DNA of 64,000 nt from an uncultured delta proteobacterium (GTDB lineage: Bacteria > Myxococcota_A > Polyangia > Palsa-1104), in the NCBI GenBank assembly GCA_963785725.1, contig CAWAWS010000026.1:64001-128000 (forward strand), read 5' to 3'. The position numbers and the translations under genes are program-made. A model generated the notes under the pieces. The model did no database searches. It saw nothing but the letters and a program-made list of their open reading frames with translations, and was not told where the DNA came from. Shown one piece after another: positions 29,740 through 39,102 of the stretch. The stretch's first letter is position 1. Every line of letters starts with the position of its first letter.

Positions 29740-31394
29740 TGGGTCCTCCGCACGACCGGTGCCAGCGACGGGGTGAGCTCGAAGCTCGACAGGTCGATCT
29801 CCACCCGATTCTTGCCTGCGGCCTTGGCGCGATACAAGGCCGCATCGGTGCGCTCGACGAGCCGCTCGGGCATCTCGACGCCCGCTTCGGTCCAGCCGGC
29901 GACGCCGAGCGACGCCGTGATGTGCAGCCCGTCGAACGCGTGGCCTTCGACGGCGGCGCGAATGCGCTCGGCCACGGCGTGCGCGTCGGCCAAGTTCGTG
30001 CGCGGCAGGAGAAACGCCAGCTCCTCGCCGCCATAGCGCGCGGCCAAGTCGACGCCGCGCAGCTGGCTCGCGGCCAGCGCCGCCACTTCGCGCAGCGCCC
30101 GATCGCCGACGAGATGGCCGTGCGTGTCGTTGAGCCGCTTGAAGTCGTCGAGATCGAGCATCACGAGCGCGAACGAAGTGCCGAAACGCCGGGCGCGCTC
30201 GATCTCCTCGGCGACGCGCATGTCGAAGTAGCGGCGCACGTAGAGGCCGGTCAAGCCGTCGACGTTGGCGAGCGCGTACAGCCGCGCGTTCTCGACGGCG
30301 GCCGCGGCCTGTCCGCCGATGGCGTCGAAGAGGCGCAGCTCGTCGTAGCCGAAGACGCCCGGCTCGTCGGCCTCGGCGACGAGCGCGCCCGTCGTCTCGC
30401 CGTACATGACGAGCGGAACCAAGAGTCGCGCGCGCACTTCGGGCCGCGCGGCGTCGTGCACGTCGTTCTCCTGCAGCGGCTGCGTGTGCGTCAACGCCGC
30501 GCGCGCCGCGCCGGTCGCCGGCAGCGACGAGAGCTCGCCGCGCTCCAGCCGATAGACGACGAGCCGCCCGTCGATCTCGACGATCGCTTCGATGCGCGCC
30601 GCCATCGGCAAGGCGCGCGCCGTCTCGCGCAACATCGCCGCCAAGAGCGACGGCGCCTCCAGCGTCGCGCCGAGCGCGTGCGCCGTGCGGTTGAGCGTCT
30701 CCAGCTCGTCGACGCGGCGGCGCAACCTCGCCGCCAGCTCCGACATGCGCGCAAAGCCGTAGTTCACGAGCAGGTAGGTGCCGCCGAGCAGCGCGAACGG
30801 CACCGGCCGATGCAGGTCGAAGATGAGCACGATCGCCGACGCCAACGGCAGGAGCGCCGCCTCCGCCGCGACGCTGTAGGCGTTGCGCTTGAACGCCGCG
30901 CGCCAGGCCGCGCCGCCGAGCCACTGCTGCAGCGCCTGCAGCGCATAGTGCGAGACCAAGAACACGACGCCGAGCGCGGCCGGCAGCCAGGCGACCGGCG
31001 TCGACGGCAGATCGACGCGGAACACGCGCGCCCAGCCGTACAAGAGCGCGCCGGCGACGCCGCCGAGATAGAGCGCGTTGGCGATGCGGCCGCGACGCCA
31101 GCCGTCGAACGCGAGCACGATCGCGACGCCGAGCGCCGTGTGCGCCGGACCAAAATAGAAGACGGCGGCGATGAAGATGGCGCTGTCGAGCGAGATCTCG
31201 GCGCCGTTGGTGCCCGGCAGCGGGAACGACAGCGCGCGCGCACCGGCGACGACGGCCAAGAACAGCACGGCCGCTTCCCACGTGCCGACGGGCGGCAGCT
31301 CGGTCTCGCGAGCAGCCGCCAACATCACCAGCCAGCCGACGAGGCCGGTGGCGACGAGAAACGCCGTGTGGAGCCTACTGCGCCCGCCCGACAT
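29736..31394 (-). CDS. Membrane sensor-GAF-GGDEF diguanylate cyclase
   Basis: Multi-TM N-terminus, GAF (LLVPLVMYGETTGAL...AVENARLY), DGLTGL, DLDDFKRLNDTHGHLVGD, RGVD I-site, ARYGGEEL, AKAAGKNR. Confidence 0.92.
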   Translation of the reverse strand: MSGGRSRLHTAFLVATGLVGWLVMLAAARETELPPVGTWEAAVLFLAVVAGARALSFPLPGTNGAEISLDSAIFIAAVFYFGPAHTALGVAIVLAFDGWRRGRIANALYLGGVAGALLYGWARVFRVDLPSTPVAWLPAALGVVFLVSHYALQALQQWLGGAAWRAAFKRNAYSVAAEAALLPLASAIVLIFDLHRPVPFALLGGTYLLVNYGFARMSELAARLRRRVDELETLNRTAHALGATLEAPSLLAAMLRETARALPMAARIEAIVEIDGRLVVYRLERGELSSLPATGAARAALTHTQPLQENDVHDAARPEVRARLLVPLVMYGETTGALVAEADEPGVFGYDELRLFDAIGGQAAAAVENARLYALANVDGLTGLYVRRYFDMRVAEEIERARRFGTSFALVMLDLDDFKRLNDTHGHLVGDRALREVAALAASQLRGVDLAARYGGEELAFLLPRTNLADAHAVAERIRAAVEGHAFDGLHITASLGVAGWTEAGVEMPERLVERTDAALYRAKAAGKNRVEIDLSSFELTPSLAPVVRRTH

Positions 31395-31519
31395 GCATCA
31401 CCCCGTACAACTGCGGGAACGTATGATCTACGTCGCGACGCGTCAACCGGTATTCGAGCTTGCCTGTGACTGGGCGGTCATTCTACGCTCGCCGCCCACT
31501 CATCCGACTGGAGGCGCCC

Positions 31520-32368
31520 ATGGGTCTGCTCGACGGTAAAGTCGCCATCATCACCGGCGCGGGCGGCGGCATCGGCCGCGGTCATGCGCTTTTGTTCGCG
31601 AAAGAGGGCGCCAAGGTCGTGGTCAACGACTTGGGCGGCGATCGCGCCGGCGGCGGCAAAGGCTCGCAGATGGCCGACGACGTCGTCGCCGAGATCAAGA
31701 AGGCGGGCGGCGAAGCGGTCGCCAACTACGACTCGGTGGCGACGCGCGAAGGTGCCGACGGCCTCTTGTGGAGCGCGCTCGGCAAGTTCGGCCGCGCCGA
31801 CATCCTCGTCAACAACGCCGGCGTGTTGCGCGATCGCTCGTTCCTCAACATGTCGGACAGCGACTGGAACATCGTGCAGGACGTGCACTTGAAGGGCACG
31901 TTCTACTGCTCGCAGACGATGGCCCGGCACCTCAAGACGCAAGGGCAGGGTGGCCGCATCATCAACACGACGTCGGTCTCCGGCTTGATGGGCAACTTCG
32001 GTCAGGCCAACTACGCAGCCGCCAAAGCCGGCATTTACGGCCTCACGCGCACGCTCGCCATCGAGCTCAAGAAGGCGAACGTCACGGCCAATGCGCTCGC
32101 GCCCATCGCTTTTACGCGCATGACCGAGGACATCGCGATGTTGACGGCGATGCCGAACGCCAAGGAGCTGCTGGCGCCCGAGCACATCGCGCCGATCGCG
32201 CTCTTCCTGGCGTCGGACTTGGCGGCGGATATTACGGGAACCATCGTAGGCGTTCAGGGAACGCGGGTATCCATCTACAAGATGATCGAGACGACGGGGG
32301 TAGCGGCGAAGGGTAGTGAATGGTCCGCGCAGGAGCTGCGCGAGCGGTGGAGCGAAATTTCGAAATGA
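31520..32368 (+). CDS. SDR oxidoreductase (MFE-2 / 3-hydroxyacyl-CoA dehydrogenase-like)
   Basis: TGAGGGIG, VVVNDLG, NNAGVLRD, GNFGQANYAAAK; GGAGG RBS. Confidence 0.92.
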   Translation: MGLLDGKVAIITGAGGGIGRGHALLFAKEGAKVVVNDLGGDRAGGGKGSQMADDVVAEIKKAGGEAVANYDSVATREGADGLLWSALGKFGRADILVNNAGVLRDRSFLNMSDSDWNIVQDVHLKGTFYCSQTMARHLKTQGQGGRIINTTSVSGLMGNFGQANYAAAKAGIYGLTRTLAIELKKANVTANALAPIAFTRMTEDIAMLTAMPNAKELLAPEHIAPIALFLASDLAADITGTIVGVQGTRVSIYKMIETTGVAAKGSEWSAQELRERWSEISK

Positions 32369-32377
32369 CGAACGACG

Positions 32378-32426
32378 CGTAGGCTTCCGCGTCGCGTCAC
32401 GTTGCTGTTAGACGCGGAAGTCTACG
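32378..32426. terminator. Stem-loop between convergent genes
   Basis: CGTAGGCTTCCGCGTC (32378-93) pairs 15 of 16 with GACGCGGAAGTCTACG (32411-26); no U-tract, so function is uncertain. Confidence 0.45.
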
Positions 32427-32587
32427 ATGAAAACACCACGTTCTTCGCCCGGTTGCGGGCTGGATGTGCCGTCCTGATTCGGATAGACGGGCATGTCCAT
32501 GGGCAGCTCCAACACCGGCTGTTCCCGATGCTGACGCTCCTCTTCTTCCCGGCGCCGGATCTCATCGATGATCCAAGGGTCGAGCAT
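32408..32587 (-). CDS. 59-aa small protein
   Basis: MLDPWIIDEIRRREEERQHREQPVLELP...ERGVFIVDFRV; GGAGG RBS 6 nt upstream and a sigma54 motif further up. Confidence 0.75.
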   Translation of the reverse strand: MLDPWIIDEIRRREEEERQHREQPVLELPMDMPVYPNQDGTSSPQPGEERGVFIVDFRV

Positions 32588-32638
32588 TTTCGTCCTCCAC
32601 GCCGGGGATACGAACCGGCTGTGCCCACTCACATGAGA

Positions 32639-32654
32639 TGCAACCGAGGCGCCA
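32639..32654 (-). promoter_or_regulatory. Sigma54 (-24/-12) promoter
   Basis: Minus strand TGGCGC-CTCGG-TTGCA, close to consensus TGGCAC-N5-TTGC, about 50 nt upstream of the small ORF. Confidence 0.72.
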
Positions 32655-32807
32655 AAGAGTCAAGTAAAGTTCGGAACCGCTGAAGCCTTGAAATTCCTTC
32701 GTATCACACGTGGACCCAAGCTGTAGGTGCACGGCCAGACTGGGGCTCGAGGCCACGGCAGCGGTGTCGAAATACCTCGCCACCGCGCAGTTTTTGCGAC
32801 GTACGGT

Positions 32808-33620
32808 TCAGCACGAAGATTCAATCGGCTCCTGCAGAAACGACATGAGCAGGCGATTGAATTCGGTCCCGTTTTCTTGGTGCACGAAGTGGCCGCCGTC
32901 AAGAGTACGGATCAACGGCGGCGTCGGCCCACCGTAGCCACGCTCGGCACCGGTGCAGACTTCGAGGCCGACGCAGCCGTCACCACGGCCGTGCACGTAG
33001 AGCGCAGGCACCGTCGTGGGCGCGAACAGGAGCGCGCGCGCGGGCGAGCGGAGGTCGCGAATTGCGCGGTAGTAGGCGAGCACGTCGGCGACGCGGTGGC
33101 GCAGCGCGTGTTTGACGGCGCGCATCTCGTCGGGCGGCGGCGTGAACGACGGCGACCAGGCGCGCCACAGGCGATCGACGAGCGCGAAGTCGTGGGCGGC
33201 GAGCGCTCGCTCGGCGACCAAGGGAAGCTGGAAGAGGCCGATGTACCAGCTGCGGCGAAATTGCGCGCGGGTGGCGAAGTTGCGCGCGGTGGCGGCCAGC
33301 TGCGGCACGGCGACGGTGACGACGCGGCAGAACGCGTCGGGCGCGAGCGCGCAGGCGGCGTAGGCGGCGATGGCGCCCCAGTCGTGACCGACGAGCACGG
33401 CGCGACGGTCGCCGGCGAAGTGGCGCGCGAGACCGACGAGATCGGCGCCGAGCGCGCCCGCGTCGTAGCGGCCGTCACGGGCGATCGACGACGGCGCGTA
33501 GCCGCGCATCGTCGGCACGACGACGCGGAAGCCGGCGGCGACCAGCGGCGGCAGCTGCTCGCGGAACGAGCGCGCGCAGTCGGGAAAGCCGTGCGCCAGG
33601 ATGACGACCGGGCCGTCCAC
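32808..33620 (-). CDS. Alpha/beta hydrolase, epoxide hydrolase-like
   Basis: HGFPD, MRGY, GHDWG (Asp nucleophile), RSWY, LAYYR, GHFVHQE. The true start is unclear. Confidence 0.88.
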   Translation of the reverse strand: MDGPVVILAHGFPDCARSFREQLPPLVAAGFRVVVPTMRGYAPSSIARDGRYDAGALGADLVGLARHFAGDRRAVLVGHDWGAIAAYAACALAPDAFCRVVTVAVPQLAATARNFATRAQFRRSWYIGLFQLPLVAERALAAHDFALVDRLWRAWSPSFTPPPDEMRAVKHALRHRVADVLAYYRAIRDLRSPARALLFAPTTVPALYVHGRGDGCVGLEVCTGAERGYGGPTPPLIRTLDGGHFVHQENGTEFNRLLMSFLQEPIESSC

Positions 33621-33667
33621 CGCGCCGGCGACATCGCACGCCAGCGCCGCGCCGCCGACGTCGACGA

Positions 33668-34327
33668 CTACTCGAGCGTCTCAATCTTCCACACGCCGTC
33701 CTCGCGCACGAGCTTGACCTGCCGGCGCTCGCCGAGCGGCAGCCGCGCCTCGTCACCGACGAGCTCGAGGGGCTCGTCGAGGTGCGCGCGCGCCGTCGCC
33801 AGCTGCGCCATGAGCTCGTCGCGCCGCTCGCCTTCCCAGCTCTTTTGCAGCGTCTCGGCCGTGATGGTGTTGCGATATTTCTGCGGAATGAAGCGCAAGA
33901 CGATGTCCCACCGCTTGCGCTCGATGGCGCGCACGAAGGAGCGCAAGGCTTCGTCGGGCGCGCGCTGCGGATAGAGCTCGAGTGGATCGCGCGCAAAGCG
34001 CCAGCCGTCGGGCTCTTGCACGAGCGACAGCCGCTCGCCGTCGCCGAGCTCGACCTCGGCGCGCAGCTGCGCGTGGCCTTTGGCGAGCCGGCCGAGCGGA
34101 CTTTGACCTGCGGGCGACGACGGCGACGGCAAGCTGCGCACGAACGCGTCGCGGCTGTGGCCGGCGCGATAGTCGGCGCTCATGAGCGCGTAGGCGTCGT
34201 CGGTGCGCCCGGCGGCGACGGCGGCGGCGAAGGCGCGCACGGTGTCGTCGGGCCCGCTCGGCGCACGATGCGCGCAGCCGGCAGCCGCACTGACGAGCAA
34301 GAGACCAGCCACGAAGCAGTCACGCAC
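33668..34327 (-). CDS. Hypothetical lipoprotein
   Basis: AAAGC lipobox; two similar halves (PDDTVRAF / PDEALRSF, each ending LVxExxxW); start chosen from an extended -10 8 nt upstream. Confidence 0.75.
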   Translation of the reverse strand: MRDCFVAGLLLVSAAAGCAHRAPSGPDDTVRAFAAAVAAGRTDDAYALMSADYRAGHSRDAFVRSLPSPSSPAGQSPLGRLAKGHAQLRAEVELGDGERLSLVQEPDGWRFARDPLELYPQRAPDEALRSFVRAIERKRWDIVLRFIPQKYRNTITAETLQKSWEGERRDELMAQLATARAHLDEPLELVGDEARLPLGERRQVKLVREDGVWKIETLE

Positions 34328-34430
34328 GGCTCGCGACCATAGCACGCGCACGAACGCTCACGGCGGCAACGGTCTTGCCGCGCGACCGACTTGCCGGCGG
34401 CGACGGCGGGAGGCATCGTGCGGTCCTATC

Positions 34431-34859
34431 ATGGCTGCCGCTTGCGTCTTCTGCAGCATCGTTCGCGGCGAGCTGCCGGCGTCGTTCGTCCTGCGCGCCG
34501 ACGGCATCGTCGCCTTCTTGGATCAGCGTCCGCTGTTCAAGGGCCACGTGCTCGTCATCCCCGAAGCGCACGTGCCGACGCTGCACGAGCTGCCGCCGGC
34601 GCTGGTGCAGCCGCTCTTCGGCGCCGTGCAGCGGCTGTCGGCGGCGGTCGTGCGCGGCCTCGCTGCCGACGGCAGCTTCGTCGCCTCCAACAACGTCGTC
34701 TCGCAGTCGGTGCCGCATCTGCACGTGCACGTCGTGCCGCGCCGCCGCGGCGACGGCCTGCGCGGCTTCTTCTGGCCGCGCGTCAAATACGCCGACGACG
34801 CCGAGCGCGACGACTTCGCCGCGCGCATCGCGGCGGCACTGCAACCGGCGGCTAAGTAA
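34431..34859 (+). CDS. HIT family protein
   Basis: CVFC, GHVLVIP, QSVPHLHVHVVPR. Confidence 0.93.
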   Translation: MAAACVFCSIVRGELPASFVLRADGIVAFLDQRPLFKGHVLVIPEAHVPTLHELPPALVQPLFGAVQRLSAAVVRGLAADGSFVASNNVVSQSVPHLHVHVVPRRRGDGLRGFFWPRVKYADDAERDDFAARIAAALQPAAK

Positions 34860-34867
34860 ACGCGTGT

Positions 34868-37189
34868 TTACTTCTTCGGCGGCGTCGGCAGCGCGTCCGG
34901 CTTCTCGCGGAAGACCATCCACAGCGCCGCCGGCAAGGCCGTAAAATCGGCGATCATCGACAGCACGAAGGCCAGGCACGACAAGATGCCGAACTGACGA
35001 ATCGGCGGCAGCGTCGAGAAGGCGAAGGCCAAGAAGCCGCCGGCGTTGATGATGGTCGCGAAGAAGATGGCGCGGCCGGCGATGGAGAGCGTGTGCTTGA
35101 GCGCCTGCTCGGTCGTCTGCCCGGCGTGGCGCGCCTCTTGGAAGTGGTAGAAAAAGTGGATCTGATCGTTCTCGGAGGTGCCCAACACCGTCGAGGCGAT
35201 CAAGATCGTCGCCACGTTCAGGTTCATGTGCACGAGCCGCATGACGCCGAACATGACCAAGATGGCGAACAGCGACGGAATCATCGCCATCAACCGCGCC
35301 GCGCCCGAGCGGAACACGAGCAGGAACGTGCCGAAGATAATGACGACGGTGAGGCCAAAGCTCTGCGTCAGCGTCGGGACCAGCTGCGCCGAGATGCGCG
35401 CTTGCAGCGGCGCCAGGCCCACGACCTCCATCTGCAGCTCGGCCAGCGCCGGGTCGGCCTTCTGCGCGTCGGCCCACTTCTGCTTGATCATCTTTTGCAG
35501 CGAGAGGAAGCCTTGGTAGTCGACGGTCTTCGTCACCACCGACAGGTGCGACTGCGACAGCTTGGCATCGATGAACCGGCCCAGCATCGGCTCTTTCGGC
35601 AGCAGAGTCTCCAAGTTGCCGGCCGCCTCTTCCATGCCCTCTTCGGTCGTCGGCAGCTGGTCGCCCTCGCCGCTGACGTAGCGCAAGGAGCTCAGCATCG
35701 CCGTCGGGCCGATGACCGTGCCCACGCGCGGGTCACTCTCGAGCGCCGCCGAGAGATGCTCGAGCCCGCGCAAGACCGGCGCGTCCGAGATCGTGCCCGG
35801 CTTGCCGTGCACCCAGACTTCGGTGATCGACAGCCCCGTAATCTGCTTCTCGAGCTGCTTCGTGTCTTTGTAGAGCTTGGCGTCGTGGTTGATGTACTCG
35901 AGCGCGTCGGTCTGCAGCTCCATCGGCTTGAGCACGCCGGGAATGCCGAACAAGAGCGCCGCGCCGCCGAGGCTCATGAGCAGCGCCGACGGCACCAAGA
36001 TCCAGCGGAAACGATAGGAGAAGCGCGGCAGGAAATCGACGAACTTCAAGAACCACTGGCCGGCGACCTTGCGCGTCTTCTCGGTCGGCGTCTGCAGCAC
36101 CTTTTGCAGCGCCGGGAACAGCGTGAACACCGTAATCCACGTGAACACGAGGCCTTCGGCGACCCACAGGCCGAGCTCTTTGATCGGCCGAATGTCGCTC
36201 ACCGACAGCGCCGCGAAGCCGACCGCCGTCGCGAAGATCGAGGCCGTCGCGGCCACGAACTTGTTGGCCAGCGCGAAGGACTGATGCTCGTCGATGGAGC
36301 GCGTCGGATCGTCGACCTCGACGAAGCGCGAGTGCAAATAGACGAGCGTCGCCGTGCAAGTAATGAGGATGGTCATCGGCACGAGCGCGGAGACGATCGA
36401 GAAGGTGCCGCCGGTGAGGCCGATGAAGCCGACGGTGAGCGCGGCGCACATGCCGAGCGTCAACACGAAGGCGACGAGCGTGCGGAACGAGCGGTAGAGG
36501 ATCCAGTTCAAGATGATGACGAAGAGCATGAAGAGCGGGAAATATTTGTAGCCGCTCGTGCGCGTGTCCTCGTCGAGGTAGGCGTTGACGTAGGGCTGTC
36601 CGACCTTGCGCAAGGCCGTGAACGGCGGCAGGTTCTCACCGAACGGCTTGAGCGCCGCGTCGACGTCGCCGATGGTCTTTTGCCGCTCGTCGGCGTTCTT
36701 GACGTCGAGCAGGAGCGGCATCGCCAGCATGTGATCGCCGTAAAGTCCCTGCTTCTTGAACAGCTTGGTGCCGGTGATGAAGGTCTTGAAGGCGGCGGCG
36801 GCGGCGGGCGAGCCGTCGTAGCCGGCCTTGGCGCGCTTGAAGATGGTGAGCGCGCTCGAGACCGTCACTTTCGGCAGCTTGCCGACGGCGTCTTCCATCT
36901 CGCCGAAGCGGTGCACGACGTCGGGCGCGAACGGATCGTCGGCCTCGGCGAGGATGAGCACGTACTCGCCGTGGCCGAAGACGCCTTCGAAGCGCTTGTT
37001 GGCGGCGTAGGTCGGGTCGCTCTGGACGATCAGCCGCTCGAGCGAGTTGTCTTGCTGCACGCGCGTCGCCAAGTAGGCGGCCGGCGGCAAGAGGAGGGCG
37101 TAGATGGCGATGATCAGCCACCGGCGATGGACGATTTTGCGGAAGATCCCGGACAGCCGAGACTCGAAGGGCGTAATCACGTTGGGCAT
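34868..37189 (-). CDS. MMPL/RND-family transporter
   Basis: 773 aa, two repeats of 1 TM + periplasmic domain + 5 TM; TAVGFAAL...PIKELG and AGGFLAF...PIRQFG. Confidence 0.88.
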   Translation of the reverse strand: MPNVITPFESRLSGIFRKIVHRRWLIIAIYALLLPPAAYLATRVQQDNSLERLIVQSDPTYAANKRFEGVFGHGEYVLILAEADDPFAPDVVHRFGEMEDAVGKLPKVTVSSALTIFKRAKAGYDGSPAAAAAFKTFITGTKLFKKQGLYGDHMLAMPLLLDVKNADERQKTIGDVDAALKPFGENLPPFTALRKVGQPYVNAYLDEDTRTSGYKYFPLFMLFVIILNWILYRSFRTLVAFVLTLGMCAALTVGFIGLTGGTFSIVSALVPMTILITCTATLVYLHSRFVEVDDPTRSIDEHQSFALANKFVAATASIFATAVGFAALSVSDIRPIKELGLWVAEGLVFTWITVFTLFPALQKVLQTPTEKTRKVAGQWFLKFVDFLPRFSYRFRWILVPSALLMSLGGAALLFGIPGVLKPMELQTDALEYINHDAKLYKDTKQLEKQITGLSITEVWVHGKPGTISDAPVLRGLEHLSAALESDPRVGTVIGPTAMLSSLRYVSGEGDQLPTTEEGMEEAAGNLETLLPKEPMLGRFIDAKLSQSHLSVVTKTVDYQGFLSLQKMIKQKWADAQKADPALAELQMEVVGLAPLQARISAQLVPTLTQSFGLTVVIIFGTFLLVFRSGAARLMAMIPSLFAILVMFGVMRLVHMNLNVATILIASTVLGTSENDQIHFFYHFQEARHAGQTTEQALKHTLSIAGRAIFFATIINAGGFLAFAFSTLPPIRQFGILSCLAFVLSMIADFTALPAALWMVFREKPDALPTPPKK

Positions 37190-37235
37190 CGTATCTCAAC
37201 TCTCGCGCGGCGCATTCAACTTGCTATAAGTAGGC

Positions 37236-38969
37236 ATGCGCTGCGCGATCATCCACTCGGCCGAAGTTTTTTCGTCGCTGGCCGGCGCGTGGGACGACTT
37301 GGCGCGCAAGGCCGAGACGGGCCTGTTCTTGTCGCACGGCTGGCTGTCGTCGTGGTGGCGCGCCTTTCACGGCGTCGACGAGCTGTGGGTGCTGACGCTG
37401 GAAGAGGACGACGGCACGCTCGTCGCCGGCTGGCCGCTGCATCTGCGCGCGCCGCGCTCGGGCGCCTTGCGCGTCGCCGAATTGCGCGCCGTCGGCGATT
37501 TGGGCGGCGCCGCCGGCATGGGCCTCGATCGCTCGATCGTCTGTCAGCCCGGGCGTGAACGCGAGGCCTGCGCGGCCTTCGTCGATACGCTGTTGTCGAC
37601 GCGCGGCTGGGACGTGCTCGACGTGCCGACGTCGCGCCGCGAGATCGCCGACGCGCTCGAGGTCGCCCTCATCAACGGCGGCTCGAAGCTCGACCGCGTG
37701 CCGGCGCTCGGGCGCGCCTTCCTGGATCTGCCGGCGCCGGCCGACTGGGACGAGTTCGCGCGCACGCGCCGGCCGCAGCGCGCGGTCGGCGGCGCCGTCT
37801 ACGCCACGGCCGAGATCGACGTCCCGCACGCGCTCGACGAGCTGTTGCGCCTCCTGCGCAAGGAGTGGGCGGCGCGCGAAGCGGCGTCGCCGGCGGCCGA
37901 TCCGCAAGCCGTGTCGTTCCTGCAGGAGGCCGTGCCGCTCCTGCATGCGCGCGGTATCTTGCGCTTGGGTCTCATCGGCCTCGAAGGCGCCGGCGCCATC
38001 GCCGCCGATCTCGTGGTCATCGACGGCGACCGCGCCGTGCAGCTCTTGCGCGGCGCCGATCCCGAGCATGCGCCGGCCGGCGTGTCCGAGCAGCTGACGT
38101 GGGGATCGATCGAGACGGCGGTCCAAGCGCGCCAGCATCGCTTCGAGTTCGCCGACGAAGATCCGGCCTGGACGGTGCCGCACGCGCGAATCGACCGGCT
38201 GCGCACCTGGAACACCACGACGGCGGGTCGGCTGCATCGCGGCGTCTCGGCGATCACCGGCGCGATGCGCTCGATCGAGCCCTTGTCGACGCAGGCCAAG
38301 GCGCGGCAGCGGTCGCCGTCGGGCGCGTGGCGCGCGTTCGACAAGCTGAAGACGGCGGCGCCCGACGTCGTGCAGCGCGCCGTCGCTCGCGTCGCCACGT
38401 ATACGATCTTGCACCTCTATCGCGGCGAGCTCTTCACGCGCAACGTGCGCGAATCGGGCGAGCTGACGCTGTCCTTGTTCACGCGCACGCAGTTCGACGC
38501 GCTCGACGAGGCCACGCGCGACGAATACATCGCGCGCCTCGACCTGCAGGAAGCCTATTGCCGGCAGAAGTGGGATCGCGGCGACACCGTCGTGCTGGCG
38601 CTGGCCGGCGAGCGACCGGCCGGCATCTTGTGGTGCGCGCGGGCGCCGGTCTACGTGCCCGACATCGGTCGTGAAGTGCGGCCCGGCGCCGGCGAGTGTT
38701 ACATCCACGACGTCTACGTCCATCCCGACGAGCGCGGCCGCCAAGTCGCGCCGGCGATGCTCGATTTTCTGTCGCGCGAGCTCAGGCGGCGCGACGTCTA
38801 TCGCGCCTGGGCGCTCATCGAGCGCACCAACGTCGCCTCGACGCGCGCATTCGAGAAGGCCGCTTATGCCTCGGTCGCCGACGTCGTGTACGCGCGCATG
38901 GGCCTCGCGTCGCGGCTGTTCGTGCGTCCGCCCGATCCCGAAGCGCGCTCGTTCCTCGGCCTGCCCTAA
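37236..38969 (+). CDS. CelD/BcsL-type GNAT fused to a second GNAT domain
   Basis: LAGAWDDL...FLSHGWLSSWW...LVAGWPL at the N-terminus; CYIHDVYVHPDERGRQVA...NVASTRAFEKA at the C-terminus. Confidence 0.78.
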   Translation: MRCAIIHSAEVFSSLAGAWDDLARKAETGLFLSHGWLSSWWRAFHGVDELWVLTLEEDDGTLVAGWPLHLRAPRSGALRVAELRAVGDLGGAAGMGLDRSIVCQPGREREACAAFVDTLLSTRGWDVLDVPTSRREIADALEVALINGGSKLDRVPALGRAFLDLPAPADWDEFARTRRPQRAVGGAVYATAEIDVPHALDELLRLLRKEWAAREAASPAADPQAVSFLQEAVPLLHARGILRLGLIGLEGAGAIAADLVVIDGDRAVQLLRGADPEHAPAGVSEQLTWGSIETAVQARQHRFEFADEDPAWTVPHARIDRLRTWNTTTAGRLHRGVSAITGAMRSIEPLSTQAKARQRSPSGAWRAFDKLKTAAPDVVQRAVARVATYTILHLYRGELFTRNVRESGELTLSLFTRTQFDALDEATRDEYIARLDLQEAYCRQKWDRGDTVVLALAGERPAGILWCARAPVYVPDIGREVRPGAGECYIHDVYVHPDERGRQVAPAMLDFLSRELRRRDVYRAWALIERTNVASTRAFEKAAYASVADVVYARMGLASRLFVRPPDPEARSFLGLP

Positions 38970-39102
38970 TTCCTTCGAAGTAGCCCGACCGCGCGGGCGG
39001 ATGACGCCTGGTTGCGCCTACTTGTGAATCAGGTGGCGCGGGCCTGGGCTCGGCCTATCTGCGGCATGGCGCTCGCAGAAGCTGGGCGGCGGGAGGCTTC
39101 GG

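Noticed and set aside
15613..32587. Small ORFs (CPXCG 15613, Cys-rich 17818 and 29355, 59-aa 32408) as LanB or C39-exporter precursor peptides
   Set aside because: Two have lipoboxes and disulfide-type Cys spacing, one is a known zinc-ribbon family, and the 59-aa protein has no Cys; none shows a double-glycine or FxLD-type leader.
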